A stretch of 64,000 nt of DNA from Lingula anatina (taxonomy: Eukaryota > Animalia > Brachiopoda). This document shows, piece by piece, positions 13,254 to 25,700 of the stretch. Below the pieces are notes generated by a model. It worked only from the letters and a program-made list of their open reading frames with translations. It made no database searches and was not told the origin of the DNA. The number at the start of each line of letters is the position of its first letter. Within the stretch, counting starts at the first letter, position 1. The stretch spans positions 16,506,567-16,570,566 of the forward strand of contig CM120649.1 of assembly GCA_051362555.1 (NCBI GenBank), in the 5' to 3' direction. Both the position numbers and the translations under genes were made by a program.

Positions 13254-14576
13254 ATGCATGCCTTTCTGAAAGGAGGGACCTTAGGCTCTGCGACTTCTAG
13301 TGCCAAAGAAAAGGACAAAGGGAGTACCTCAGGAAAGCAGTCCAAGCAAACCAAGAAGCACATGCCATGGGTGGAAAAATAGTGAGTTAATGTGGTGGTT
13401 GTGATTTTATGGCATTTCAGATGTGTATATTACTATATGGACATTTCCAACCAAGGCAATGTAAAAAATAAAAGTGAATAGTTAAATAGATAAAATAACG
13501 TAAAATAAAACCAAAAATTATATTGATTTGACTGTGCGAAATTTTAAAGCCGTCTGATTCCTTTGGACACCAGAGTCTAAGAATCTAATGGACCAAAACA
13601 GAAATTATGGCCAGTAACTTGAAAAATTAAATAAATTTTAATGGTCTGACTTCATTTTTACTGGTGCTTAACATTGGGTGCAAATTAACATTGCAAACTG
13701 GGATATAAAGTTTTATGAAAGATGGTTTAATATGTGGCTTTGATTCTTAGCCGTCCCAAAACAGTGGAGGAGGTAGCTCACCAAGAAGAAGTGGTTGCAG
13801 TGTTGAAGAAGTCTTTACAAGGAGTAGATGTAAGTCATTACAGATGTCTGTCATTACTGGCACACCTGGCACATTTTACTTGTCCTGTCACACCTAACAC
13901 ATTCTTCATGTACTGGCACACCTATAACGTGCTTTGTATACGGTCACACCAAACACAATCTTTCCCACCCATCAAATTGTGCTTTTAATGGTTTTTCTAA
14001 CACATTCATCATATTCTGGCACCCCAAAAGCATTCTTGTACTGGCACAACTAACACATTTTTGTACTTTCATAACAAACACATTCTTGTGCTGGCACAGG
14101 TAACACTCAGTTGCACTCTTGTTGCACTGTCACACCTAACACATTCTATGTATGATAACACACCATGCATATTGTAAGTATATCAGCACTCCTAACACAT
14201 TCTGCTTGTACTGGTATACATAACACAGCTGACACAGTTTGCTATACTTTCTCATCTAACATATCCATGAGATTGACATTTGTGAGCAGTCACCTCTTAA
14301 TATGATATATTTGTGAAAATTTATTCACTGATTAAATACCTTGTACAATTATATGCTATAAATGGTCCAAGGAAATCAATATTATTTATCAAAAATGCCT
14401 TATTTGTTTCTATTTTAGCTGCCAAATCTGTTATTCTATGGTCCTCCGGGAACAGGAAAGACATCAACCATACTGGCTGCTGCCAGGGAATTGTATGGGT
14501 GAGTGGAGTTCATTTATGGGAAATAGTTTATTATTATTATCATTTGTGCAGTTGGTAGTTTTATTCATTCATCCAT

Positions 14577-14615
<39 letters not shown>

Positions 14616-14838
14616 TTACTGCTATTTCTACTACTACAAATATGAGGCAGGGTATCTGCTTATGCCCAGATTATATTCCATATTCGTATATTTTTTTAAT
14701 TTTTCCCCCCTAGCCCTGAGATGTTTAAGACCAGGATTCTAGAACTGAACTCTTCAGATGAGCGTGGCATTAATGTCATACGTGAAAAAGTGAAGAACTT
14801 TGCACAGCTGACTGCCAGTGGACAAAGACCAGAGTGAG

Positions 14839-14898
<60 letters not shown>

Positions 14899-17877
14899 AA
14901 CATTTTTATCGTCTACACACACATACATATTTTCATCATGTAACTTGTACATTTTTAATAAGATTTTTACTGACACAATCTCATCTGTAATGTTTCAGTG
15001 GGAAACCTTGTCCACCATTCAAGATAATTATTTTAGATGAAGCAGACTCTATGACTGGGCCGGCACAGGTGAGGGGATTGTGAAATGTTAAAATATGTGT
15101 ATGTCCTTGCATGTGTGTAGATATGTGTGTGTGTACTTTTGCAAGTGTGCCTATGTATATGACCTTTATATGCATTAACATATTTAAACAGTTATGCATT
15201 TTGAGTGGGGGCGCAGCAAATAGCACCAGATTGTAATACGAAATTATAGAGAAAAAACGAAACTATTAAATCAAATTTGAATAAAAGTCATATCATGTAC
15301 TGTATTAATTTTTTTCCAAATGGTATGAAAAGAATTGTCAATTTAAAATCATATTCCAGGCAGCCCTGAGAAGGACAATGGAGAAGGAATCCAAAACAAC
15401 CAGGTTTTGTCTGATCTGTAATTACGTCAGTCGTATTATAGAACCCATCACATCCAGGTGTGCCAAGTTCAGGTTCAAACCACTGGCCAGCGACGTGCTG
15501 CAGACAAGATTGAGGGAAATTGCGGAATTAGAAAGCGTTAAAATATCTGATGAGGTGAGGAAATACAGTGATAAAGTTTTTCTTCTATTTTTTTTTTTTT
15601 TTTTGCACTTTTGCACATTTATGGTGATACTGAGATGTATAGTTAATAAACAATATTGAATTTTTTTTATTCTCAAACTTATAAATGTTTGTGGAAACCT
15701 CTTGTGTTTCTGTAAGGTAATTTAAATGTTAAAACAACCTGCATCAACCTTAAATTAATTTCTGAAGGGGATTTTATTTTAAAAAAATATTTTTCATTTT
15801 TCCTCAAGAGATGTTTTCTGTTCCAGGCAATCTCAGCATTGGAAGCTGTATCTGAAGGTGACATGAGGAAAGCTATCACTTTTATGCAGAGCGTGGCAAG
15901 GTTAAAAAGAGAAGAGGAAATAACAGAAAAAGATATATTTGAAATTGCTGGGGTAGGTGGTAAACTGATTTTATATAGAAATGAGCAATTTTAGTCAAAT
16001 GGCTGCTCAAGGTCATCTCTACTAATTTCTTCTCATTACTGCAGCTTTTTATTGAACAGTTTTATAATTATTTATTTATGAATTGAGACCAAGTTTAATA
16101 ACAATTTGAATTACATCTTAAATCCCAATCATTGAGCATCACTGATATTTTTAAAGAAAATTGCAAAAGAAGGCTTTAAATTCTGATATAAATATTATTT
16201 GAATGAATAAACTACTGACTGTTATTTCTCTTGCAGGTCATACCAAATGATATAATAGATGACTTATTGAGGGTTTGTCACTCAGACTCTTACGAAAAAC
16301 TCGAGGCATTTGTAAAGGTAAGGTCATCTGCAATTATTTTCTAGTAGACTTGAATTTTTTAAGAATTATAGGAAATTGTAGAGATTGAAACAGTTAACCA
16401 CAGTGAATGCCATTGCATATTTTGTCGGAAATCCAATCTGATGCCTTACCTTGAACAGATTTTTGATATAAAGATAATAAATGATTAATTAATTCATTAT
16501 TATTATTTATTTCCATAATTATTCAGAGATAATAAGAAAGGAAATTATGTTAGAAAGATGCTCAGTGTACCAAATCACATAGAATTGTTTAAAATTGTAC
16601 ATTCCAGGAAATAATGTTAGAAGGACACTCTGCGTACCAAATCATCACGCAGTTACATGAACTTCTAGTGGTGCACCCAGAACTCGGGGACAAACAGAAG
16701 TCTGTCATCATGGAAAAACTAGCAGTAAGTTTAGTACAAGTTTCCATGCTTTCCTTCGAGAGGAAGAAAATTCCTGACTGCCAAGTTGGTTATAACAGCC
16801 TAACTCAAAGGTTATGAACAAATTTCATAAATTTCTGAAAGATTGTTCTTTACCAGCTGTTTTTGAAGAGCATTGTTTTCTAATTCCAGCAAATCAATTC
16901 TTTCCTTTATATCTCCAATGTCCATTTTATGCTTGTCTTCTATTTTATCTAGTCCCCCCCCCCCCCCCCCCCCGGGATTTCTTCTTTCAAATTTAGTAAA
17001 AGTTTAGAAACAGTTTCTGCGACTATTTCTTGGACAATGTCTTTAACAGTATTTCTGATTTCACATTCAATTTCCTCTAGTTTTGCCAAAATTAAAGATG
17101 TTTCTTCCTTTTTGCTGGTTGACTGGTGGATTTCTGATTAGCTGTAATTTTCATTCTACCTGTAGCAGAGTTCTTTGAATCTTTGTTAATGTTAAAGTAT
17201 TTTGATTTGCTGTGTGAACTCATAGTGATATGTTTATATTTATATGTAGATGTATATTGTTGAGGCAATAAGGCTGACTTGAGCTATTGCTACCCAGTGA
17301 GCACTACTCATCAACGCACCTGTCGCAATCTAGTGTCATTTATGTAGTTACATACAGTATACGTTATGATAGATATGTCAAAAAGTACTTTATGGCTAAA
17401 TTCAAGTCAGCTAAACGGCTTTCATTCGCAGGAGACGGTTAATATACACAATTTTATGTATCCGTAGATTTTGCACTTCTTACCGATTGATAGAGTTTGT
17501 AAGAAATTTTTGGAGTGCTCTTTCGGTAGCTGTCTCCCTCTTGGCCTTGTTCTCGTATCCTCGTTTTTCTGTAAAGGTCACAAATGGGGTTTCTTACAAT
17601 TTAGTATTAGGTCAATATTGGTGTTGTTCCATCAATTCATTGTTATTTAATCATTAAAATAAAAGTAGGTGATTGGTTTGGTTAAGATTATCAATCTTTT
17701 AACAGCTTCTGTGTTGAAATTTCATTTGGGGATGTTTTATTTATATAAAGAAACCAAAAAGTTTGTTTTTTTCTCCAGATTGTTGACAAATGTCTAAGTG
17801 ATGGAGCAGACGAGTACCTTCAGATCATGGGACTTTGTACCACCATCATGCAGCAGATATGTCACGGAGAGAAATAA
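13254..17877 (+). CDS. RFC4: Replication factor C subunit 4 (clamp loader AAA+ ATPase), 10 coding exons, 364 aa
   Basis: Exons 13254-13381, 13751-13829, 14419-14498, 14714-14833, 14999-15068, 15360-15554, 15827-15952, 16237-16317, 16608-16724, 17779-17877. Motifs: MHAFLKG start, PWVEKYRP, Walker [40 protein letters not shown] ([10 protein letters not shown]), [16 protein letters not shown]. Confidence 0.97.
13848..14270 (+). repeat. Degenerate ~30-bp tandem repeat (core CTGKCACACCTAACACATTCT) in an RFC4 intron
   Basis: Recurring CTGGCACAC/CTGTCACAC..CTAACACATTCT units start just after the donor at 13830. Confidence 0.75.
17251..17622 (+). ncRNA. Candidate structured intronic RNA (two long hairpins joined by long-range pairings); family unassigned
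   Basis: Complementary helices read by eye: 17251-59/17440-48, 17272-83/17401-12, 17498-510/17587-99, 17542-48/17574-80, plus cross-pairings 17299-305/17514-20, 17289-94/17525-30, 17431-38/17530-37. G-U pairs favour the plus (RFC4 sense) strand. Confidence 0.5.
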
Positions 17878-20504
17878 TCGAAGTCTGGGAAATTAAGGGA
17901 TCGGAATTATCTTCATTTGAACAATGCCCCACTTTCTCTGTGAAAAAAAAGGGAATTCAGAAAGTTTCTTGGATTTTGTATATTCCCTAGGAGTGGAGGA
18001 AAATCAAGGAAAAGAAGTGAAAAATGTCTTGTATTTTTGTAAGCATTCTTTTTTTTTTTTTTTTTTCATATCTGTGGAAGTTGGTCTTTGAAAGGACCGG
18101 TGGTTGCGTCATACAAACATTCTGTGGAATATTTTTGACCTGGCAAGCACTTGTCGATGTTGAAAGGTGTGGGAACAGTACCGGCTGTCGATTGGAGATT
18201 GTTCTGAGAATGTTTTCTTTTTATGTCCTGAAATATCTGCTTTTGGGGAAAAAGTAAAATATTTTTAGTACAACTGAACAAAAAATATTTAATGCAACAA
18301 CTGAAAAATTCAAATTCAAATGAAACCATCCAGAAGATGAAAATTCTGAAAAAATACTTCTTTGTTTTCTCATCATCCATTTATTACTGTGCTTACTGAG
18401 AAGTTTTTCTCAGCATATAAAAAGTGTGAATTTAAAACATATTTAAAGCCCTTGCTATGTCATACATTAAGTGCTGGGCATGATAACGTGATCAGTACAA
18501 ACACACTGAGTGTACAGCAGGCCACTGTATATTAACAGAATATAAAACATCTTCATAAAACTTTGCATAGGTATATATATTGTAAGGAGATCACTTTAAA
18601 GCTGTTGATAAAAATAGTTATGTTAGTAATTCTACTTTTGAATCAGTTACGGTACAATTTAAATTAAAAGATTATTTGTTTCTGAAAGTTATAATTAGTT
18701 CATATACCTAATAATGCAAAGTTATCACAATGTTATCTGTTCCTTAACCCTGAACAGTGGGCTATATATATAGATATATGAAATGTGAATATACCTACTT
18801 TATAATAAAAATTCACTGTACACTATATGTGATTGTATTCAAAATTATATCTAGCACATGAAACCACTACTCCCACCCTATGAGACTTATTCTGAAGGCA
18901 AAACAGATGAATTGTTGGCAATAATTAAGGCCTTTTGGTGACCATGTTTTAATACTGTTGTCCAGAAAGTCCAGTGTCAATCTTGCCCAGTTATTGACTG
19001 CTTGAAATGTCTTAAGAAAAAAAAATGTTTACCGTTTTGTTTGGGACCCATTTTCACCTTAGGTTTCAAAAATGTGTGAAGTCTTGTATAATTCAAAAAC
19101 ATTAGTTTCTGTTACTGGGGGATGTTTAAAAAATAACTTATTTCCCAAGAATTGGTCCTAACTTAAAAGACAAGAATTTTAGTCTTCTTTGACTAAATTA
19201 AATGAAATGATTAGCCTGTTTTACAGCAAGAAAGACATTAACATTTTTGTCCAAAATTTAGACCAATTACTTCGGTACAGTTCTTTTGGGAAACAAACCT
19301 AGGCAAGCAATTCCAATTTTCTTTTTTGAATTCAACAGCAAGCAAATCCAAGTGTTCTGTCAGGACTGAAATTTAATGTGTCAGCTGATTATAACTGTTA
19401 AAGTATATATACTATCTAAAATTTCAAGCGCTGAATACTCGTATCGCTAGTATTTAAGTATTATGTCAATACGCTTTGAGGTCAAGCTTATCTCAAAACT
19501 GTATTTCAATTTCATAAGTTCTAAACTTATCTACACTGTATACATTAATACTAATATCCTGTAAAAACTAATCTGATTTATAAAAAAGTTGCTGACAGTG
19601 ACAGGTGTTTGATTATTGCTTTTTACAATAACACAATACTCGCAACTGAATAATACTTGATAAATGGTTCTGATAAATATATAATTTCATAAATTTAAAT
19701 AAAATTCATACAACAGACACAGAATCGGTCATCAATGCCACTATTACTGTTATTACTCTTACTAATACCATTTTGAAATTTTGTTTTTAACAAAATTATG
19801 GCAACTCAAGGGTCTCAATCTGTCTGTAAAAAAGTGAATATGCATTTTCAATTGCACAGAGAATTGTAAAGCCTTCTTCACATGGGCGGCAGCTCATCTT
19901 TGTCTGTTGCTTGACTAAAGCTCACTTTCTTCAAGAAAAAAAGGTTATTCCCCTCAATCTGATTCCAAAAGTCAGTCATGTATCCTGCAATCATTCATAG
20001 TTTTAACTTAACATTTTCCAATCTAAAATTCCCAACTCAAAATTCCTGCCTTCGTGTCACTGTAAATATGACAAGTTTTTCTCCTGTACCCAGACTCGTG
20101 CTCATGACCACTGTGTAGCCAATAACGTCCCAAATGTTAAACAGGGTAAAGCTTACCATAGTTTTATCTTTAGTTAAAAGGTGGCAGCACTGCTTTACAA
20201 CTGTCTCCATGCACTGCATGCTTTCCAGTAGTACAGGATCTGTTTTAGGTATGTCATGGAAGCAAACGATATACATTTTGGTATAAGTGTAACACTTGTA
20301 TGTAAAAATTATGCAAGCCTCCATATACTCCTACTGGTTTTAGATCCATCTGCATTGATCTTCATCAAATAATAGACCCTCTGAAGAACATTGTTATAAT
20401 CCTGAAAGATAAAAGACAGATCCAGCTATTTTCGCACTGAATTGTACATATTTCCAAATTAATCGTGCCACCTTTTCTGCCATTTATTTTGGGAACATTT
20501 CCCC

Positions 20505-22690
20505 CTATTTCATCTCCTGCAAACTTGACAGAATTCTCTTCCTGTGTTCAGCATTACTGATGTTCATGTCCTTGAGGTCTTGTTCCATCATGTCCTTCAT
20601 GTACGCCATAGTGTCCCAGCCGTTTTCCAGAAAGATGTCGTTGTAAAATGGCAGACCGAGCTCAAGCAGCCATTGTGTTAGAGTAACAGGGGTGCGTAGT
20701 GAGGCATATGATCCCTAGGAGAGAAAAAAATATACATAATATAAAAGCAGTGAATTTACATTTAGGAATAACTGAGAGAAGCAGAAAAGTGAGGCAAAGA
20801 TGTGTTATAACATGTAGGCAAACAGTAAGGCCCACAAAATAAACCCAAAAAATATATGCAATGTACAAATCTTTGTGGAGCATATTGTATAACAAAGTTG
20901 CTTTTATTGCTATTTTCTACAAACAGGATAAAAGGTGTTGGTTTGAGGCCAAGTAATTTTATACTTGTTCATAATCAAGAATCATGCAACATCATTAACT
21001 TGGTTTGAGGAACTGTAATTTGACATCGGTTCATAATCAATAACCATGCAAACATCATTTAACTTCTAACTACGAGGTATCAGTGGTTCAAGGGAAGATC
21101 CTTTTTCTCATAGGGAGAGGATGAGGAAAACTGCAGTCAAGATAATCAAATATACATCTATCATGGGGTACTTACCGAATCACTGAAGGGTCTGGTTTTT
21201 TCAGGGAGAGGAGGAGGAGAGGTGTACTCAGAACTGTCAGAGTCCTGCCGAGTCAGTAAATGAGTGTAATAATTTTCCGCTGTTGAAGGATCATGACCTT
21301 CAGCATGACCTTGACCTACCAGTCCAGACTGAGGCTTATTAGAAGGACACGGCTTCAAATCAACAAGTCTCTTGCTGTCCAAGTTATTCTTCACTGGAGA
21401 CTTAGGTGGAGCGGTCCCGTCTGACATCCTTCGAGAATCTTTCTGTGGCATTTTCCCTCCCCTTGGGGAATGCCCCTGTTGTCCATGCTTTAAGAACGAA
21501 AATCCACCGAAAGTGCCAAAAATATCATCATCATCATGATCTGTGGGTGGTGCTGATGGAACCAAAAGTGGCGGGAGTTCAACTGGGGCTGGGCTCATCT
21601 TGTGAGGCCTAGGTGGCACCACTGGTTCTCCACCTCCAGATGGCACCACTGGGCTGACTGCACCAAAAGATGGGGCCACAGTGCTGTCGCTAAGGAGATC
21701 TGTAGGCCTTGGTGGAAGAGGAGGCCCCCTGTCTTTTGATTTGGCCGATCCAACAGATAATGGCACCGATGAAGATTTGGTGAGCGACAATTTCTTCCCG
21801 AGTTCTTCAACCACTGGACTAAGCATTGCCTGACCTGCAGGCGGGGTAGGGGGTCCTTTCAGTATGTCCGTGTCCATGTACACACATTCTGAAAGGTTTA
21901 ATACATATACACATCATACTTGTAACAAAAGAACTGTCTATATTTATTCCTACACATATACATGTATTACGTCTCAATAGTTTTTTAAATCTCTAACTAA
22001 CTCCACTCCCATTGTAGTGTAGGAAGTTGAATTGCTTAAACATCTTTCATGATTAAAGAATCTACCTTTTGGCAAATTTATGCACTGAAAAAATAAGCCA
22101 ACAACAATTTAAGTACCCTTCATTTTTTTGAAATTGTTATTTTTCAAATAACATAAGTAATTCTTAGATATTATTGTATCATTGCATTTTCTCACTAAAT
22201 TTTAAGCTTGTATCGTTTGCTCACCATAACTTTTTCTGGATTGATGACGTCTTGTACTCTCTGCATTCTTTGCCACAATGTGCACAAATCCACTGAAACA
22301 GAAAAAACATTTTTTTTAAAAACATAGTAAAGTACAAATTAATTTTGCATATCACTAGTAACAGTCACATCATTAATTAACAAAAAAAAAAAGACAAATG
22401 GGCATATCTCTCATTTAAAATATGCTTACCGAATCATTCATGTTAACAAAAGTACCACTTGCTGTTTACATCAAAAAAAAAAAAAAAGATATATATATAT
22501 ATATATATAATTATAACAGAGGATTTATAAAAGAGTGGATTCACATCACCCAACTCCTCACCTCACAGAGCCTGTCTCCTCTCCCTGATGTAACATATAG
22601 CAGGTAAATGGCTGAGCTGACACACTGAACTTCTGCTTCAAGGACACAACAAACTCGCCTGATTTGTAGTCCAGAAAAAGTTATCATTAT

Positions 22691-22744
<54 letters not shown>

Positions 22745-25700
22745 ATCACTGAAAGTTTCTAGATATAATATTGCAAGATGGAGGTGTATCAGGCAAACAT
22801 TCAGAGGTTGTAGCAAAATTTTAACTTACAATTTTGATATGCATAAAAATTATAATAACATAAAGCTTTTAATTAGTTAATTATTCAGAAAACTGAGTGA
22901 GAAATGCAAACAATATATCATAAATAAAAATATCAAATTTGAATAATCATAACAAAAACTGACAAAGCAATCATCACATCTTGATCCTCATACTACTTAA
23001 TTTTTTTTTTAATTCATAAAATATTCTTAAATATGAATATACCTTACCGTATGAGTCAGACTCGTCCTTGGCTTTGACAGCTACTAGAATGTGCTGATCC
23101 TCCAAGTAGTCCACGTCAGAGAATATAGGGTGAAGCTAAAATGCATAAAAAGAGTTTATATCAAATAAAAAACATAATATACCTGAGCCTGTTTCACAAA
23201 AATCATTCCGTAGGCAAAAACCTTACCCTGCTATGACTAATCAGACTACGCTGTGTTTCACAAAAATAACAAAATAACAAGAAATCAAAAAGATAAGCAT
23301 CTTCCATGCTTTAAATAAGTTTCAACCAAAAAAAGAAGAGGTACATCAGTACAAAATATATCAAAACCATGAATTTCTTTTTCCACAATCTTTGCAAATA
23401 ATTAAGTTGTTGGGTACAATCAACATTCCCTGTTTGTTGCCTTTTCAACTTCTAAATATGGACACATCACTATTAGAAGTGACAGGTGCCCAAATATCTC
23501 TACCTTTGGTAGCAGTTCATGCTCCCACTTAGGATAACATTTTGCATTGTCATTGCTGCTGCCGTATGTCTTGTTGGGCTGACTGACAACTGGGCCTGAA
23601 AACAATGAATAATCTTTGCTCTTATTTGAGATATTTTTCATGTTAACAGAAATAAAAAAATAGAATGTATACTTCTGCACCATTTTTGGTTTGGACTTTC
23701 AAGTGTTTCTTACATAAACATTTTCTACATATCATCAATTTTGTGCAAGATATAATTATCTTCAAGTTTTCATCTACAGATTTTACCCACTAATCAATAA
23801 ATTGTATTAATTTTCATTCTCCATTACAAAATAACATGAAGGATAAAAGTTATTTTCCAAAAAGATATTTCCTGTTGGTACACCATCAAATATTTCATAA
23901 TTCCAAAAATCGATAATCAATAAATAAAATAAAACACAACATAATCATTAAAGCACATACTCTCCAAACAATTAGAATGAAAATCTAGCTGAAAGTGTGG
24001 CTTTGAGCATGTCTTGACTTCAATCTTGACCTCTTGGAAAATAATCTCAAGGTCGTCACTGCGCTGGGCCCCCGGGACCGTCTGCGGAATGACTCCAATT
24101 TCAAATGAAGAGAAAACTGGTTTGTGATCGCTGGACCAGATTTCCTCCACACAACCTACAACAACAAAGATGAAGTGAATACTTCGTTTAAGCATTCTGC
24201 TAGCGTAAACCTAATAATTTATTTATCATAATTTTTCTTAGTATGGTCAAGGATGTTTATTGAATTATATGTCCTTGGTATGGTATATGCCAATACTTTT
24301 GGCCTGTATTAGTAGTAATATCACAAGCTTTTATTTAAATTACTGCTTTGGTCTTACTTGGGCATATGGAATTATGTCAACCCAAAGTGATAACCTAATA
24401 ATGTGGGCTAAGTACTACATGTATAAACAGGGCTAAGTTAAGCAGATGAAATTTGATTGGAAATTTAAAATTATCCTAAGCTGTGTTATTAACAGAAGTC
24501 TGAGTGTGTGACTTCCATAACAAGGCAGAGTAAAGTAGACCTAAAATTAGACTGGAAACTCTACTTTATATATTACCATATGCTGTGTTATTGACGTAAG
24601 TCTGAGGGTACGATTTCCATAATGTCCTATCACACCAAGAAGGCACATTGATTCTCACCTAGAAATACATCACAATTACGGTGACCTTGTAGCTTGCTAT
24701 AAGACAGTAGGTTTATTTATCATGGGCTAGACTAAAATTTTGGTCTTAAAATATAGAACAATTCACAATTTAAATTTCTTCAGTGAAGCCAGCTCTGGGA
24801 ATAAAATCCTGACTGCAATATAAGAAATATAAAAAATATAAGTAGTGTACTTGCTTTCAATTGTTTATTTATAATTACAAAAAAAGAATAACTGTACATT
24901 ACAATAAAAAAAACAATATTATGTTGTCCATTTAATTTTATCTTTAAATTCTACATATTAGAAAATTTTCAATCAGCTGCAAATTTTAACATGTTCATTT
25001 CTTATTCATCCACCTACCCCGGTTTTCTTGACTTTCTTCCACTCGTACTTGTCCAATGTATTCCGTGCTATCCTGTAAGTTGGTGGAAATGTGATGTCTT
25101 CCTCAGCTGTGAACATGTGATCAATAAACAATGTTTAACTAAATGTTGTTTTTATCTGTTTTTCTAATTTACACCAGACAACAAAACTGTCAAACATACA
25201 GACATCCAGCTAAAAATTACCTGACAACTACAAAATGTCAAGGTTATCCCATCAATGCAGATGAAAAGCAATCAAAGCTAGCAGATATGCAAAATTAAAC
25301 TGAAACTTTGTTTATCTTTTTCTATCAAACTATAAATCTCAGAACTGACTTTGTTGTATTGCCTTCTATCATGTTATAAGCACACAGTAAGTGGTCAAGA
25401 AAACTGATTTTGGATATTGGATTCAGTTTTTGACCAAATTGTAATAGTTTTTAGTCATGAGCTACATTTAACAAACAGTGGGATGTTTTTTGAAATTAAT
25501 GCCAATACATACCAAAGTTAACAAAAACTTCTTTATATTTCATGCATTTTCTCAGTTGATCTCTCTCTAGTAGAGCATGGAAATCCTTCTCTTTAATCTT
25601 ATTGATGATTTCCTATAAGGCAATATTATGAAAATACTTTTTGATAAATATAAATCAACCTAAAATTGTCACCATTTTGTAATATATCAGCAACCTGTTT

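Noticed and set aside
14744-14770. RFC4 ELNSSDERG instead of the usual ELNASDERG
   Set aside because: A single conservative substitution; the other AAA+ motifs are intact.
17289-17306. CAGTGA as an iron-responsive element
   Set aside because: The flanks (CTACC / GCACT) do not form the required 5-bp upper stem, and the site is intronic.
17415-17540. HDV-like or hammerhead ribozyme on the minus strand (TGCGAAT, GAAA, TTGATGA)
   Set aside because: Helix order and core do not fit either consensus, and the G-U pairs become A-C mismatches on that strand.
22430-22461. Possible extra SHIP micro-exon ending GATTCG|GTAAGC
   Set aside because: Candidate lengths (32 or 28 nt) break the frame, and the flanking exons already join in phase.
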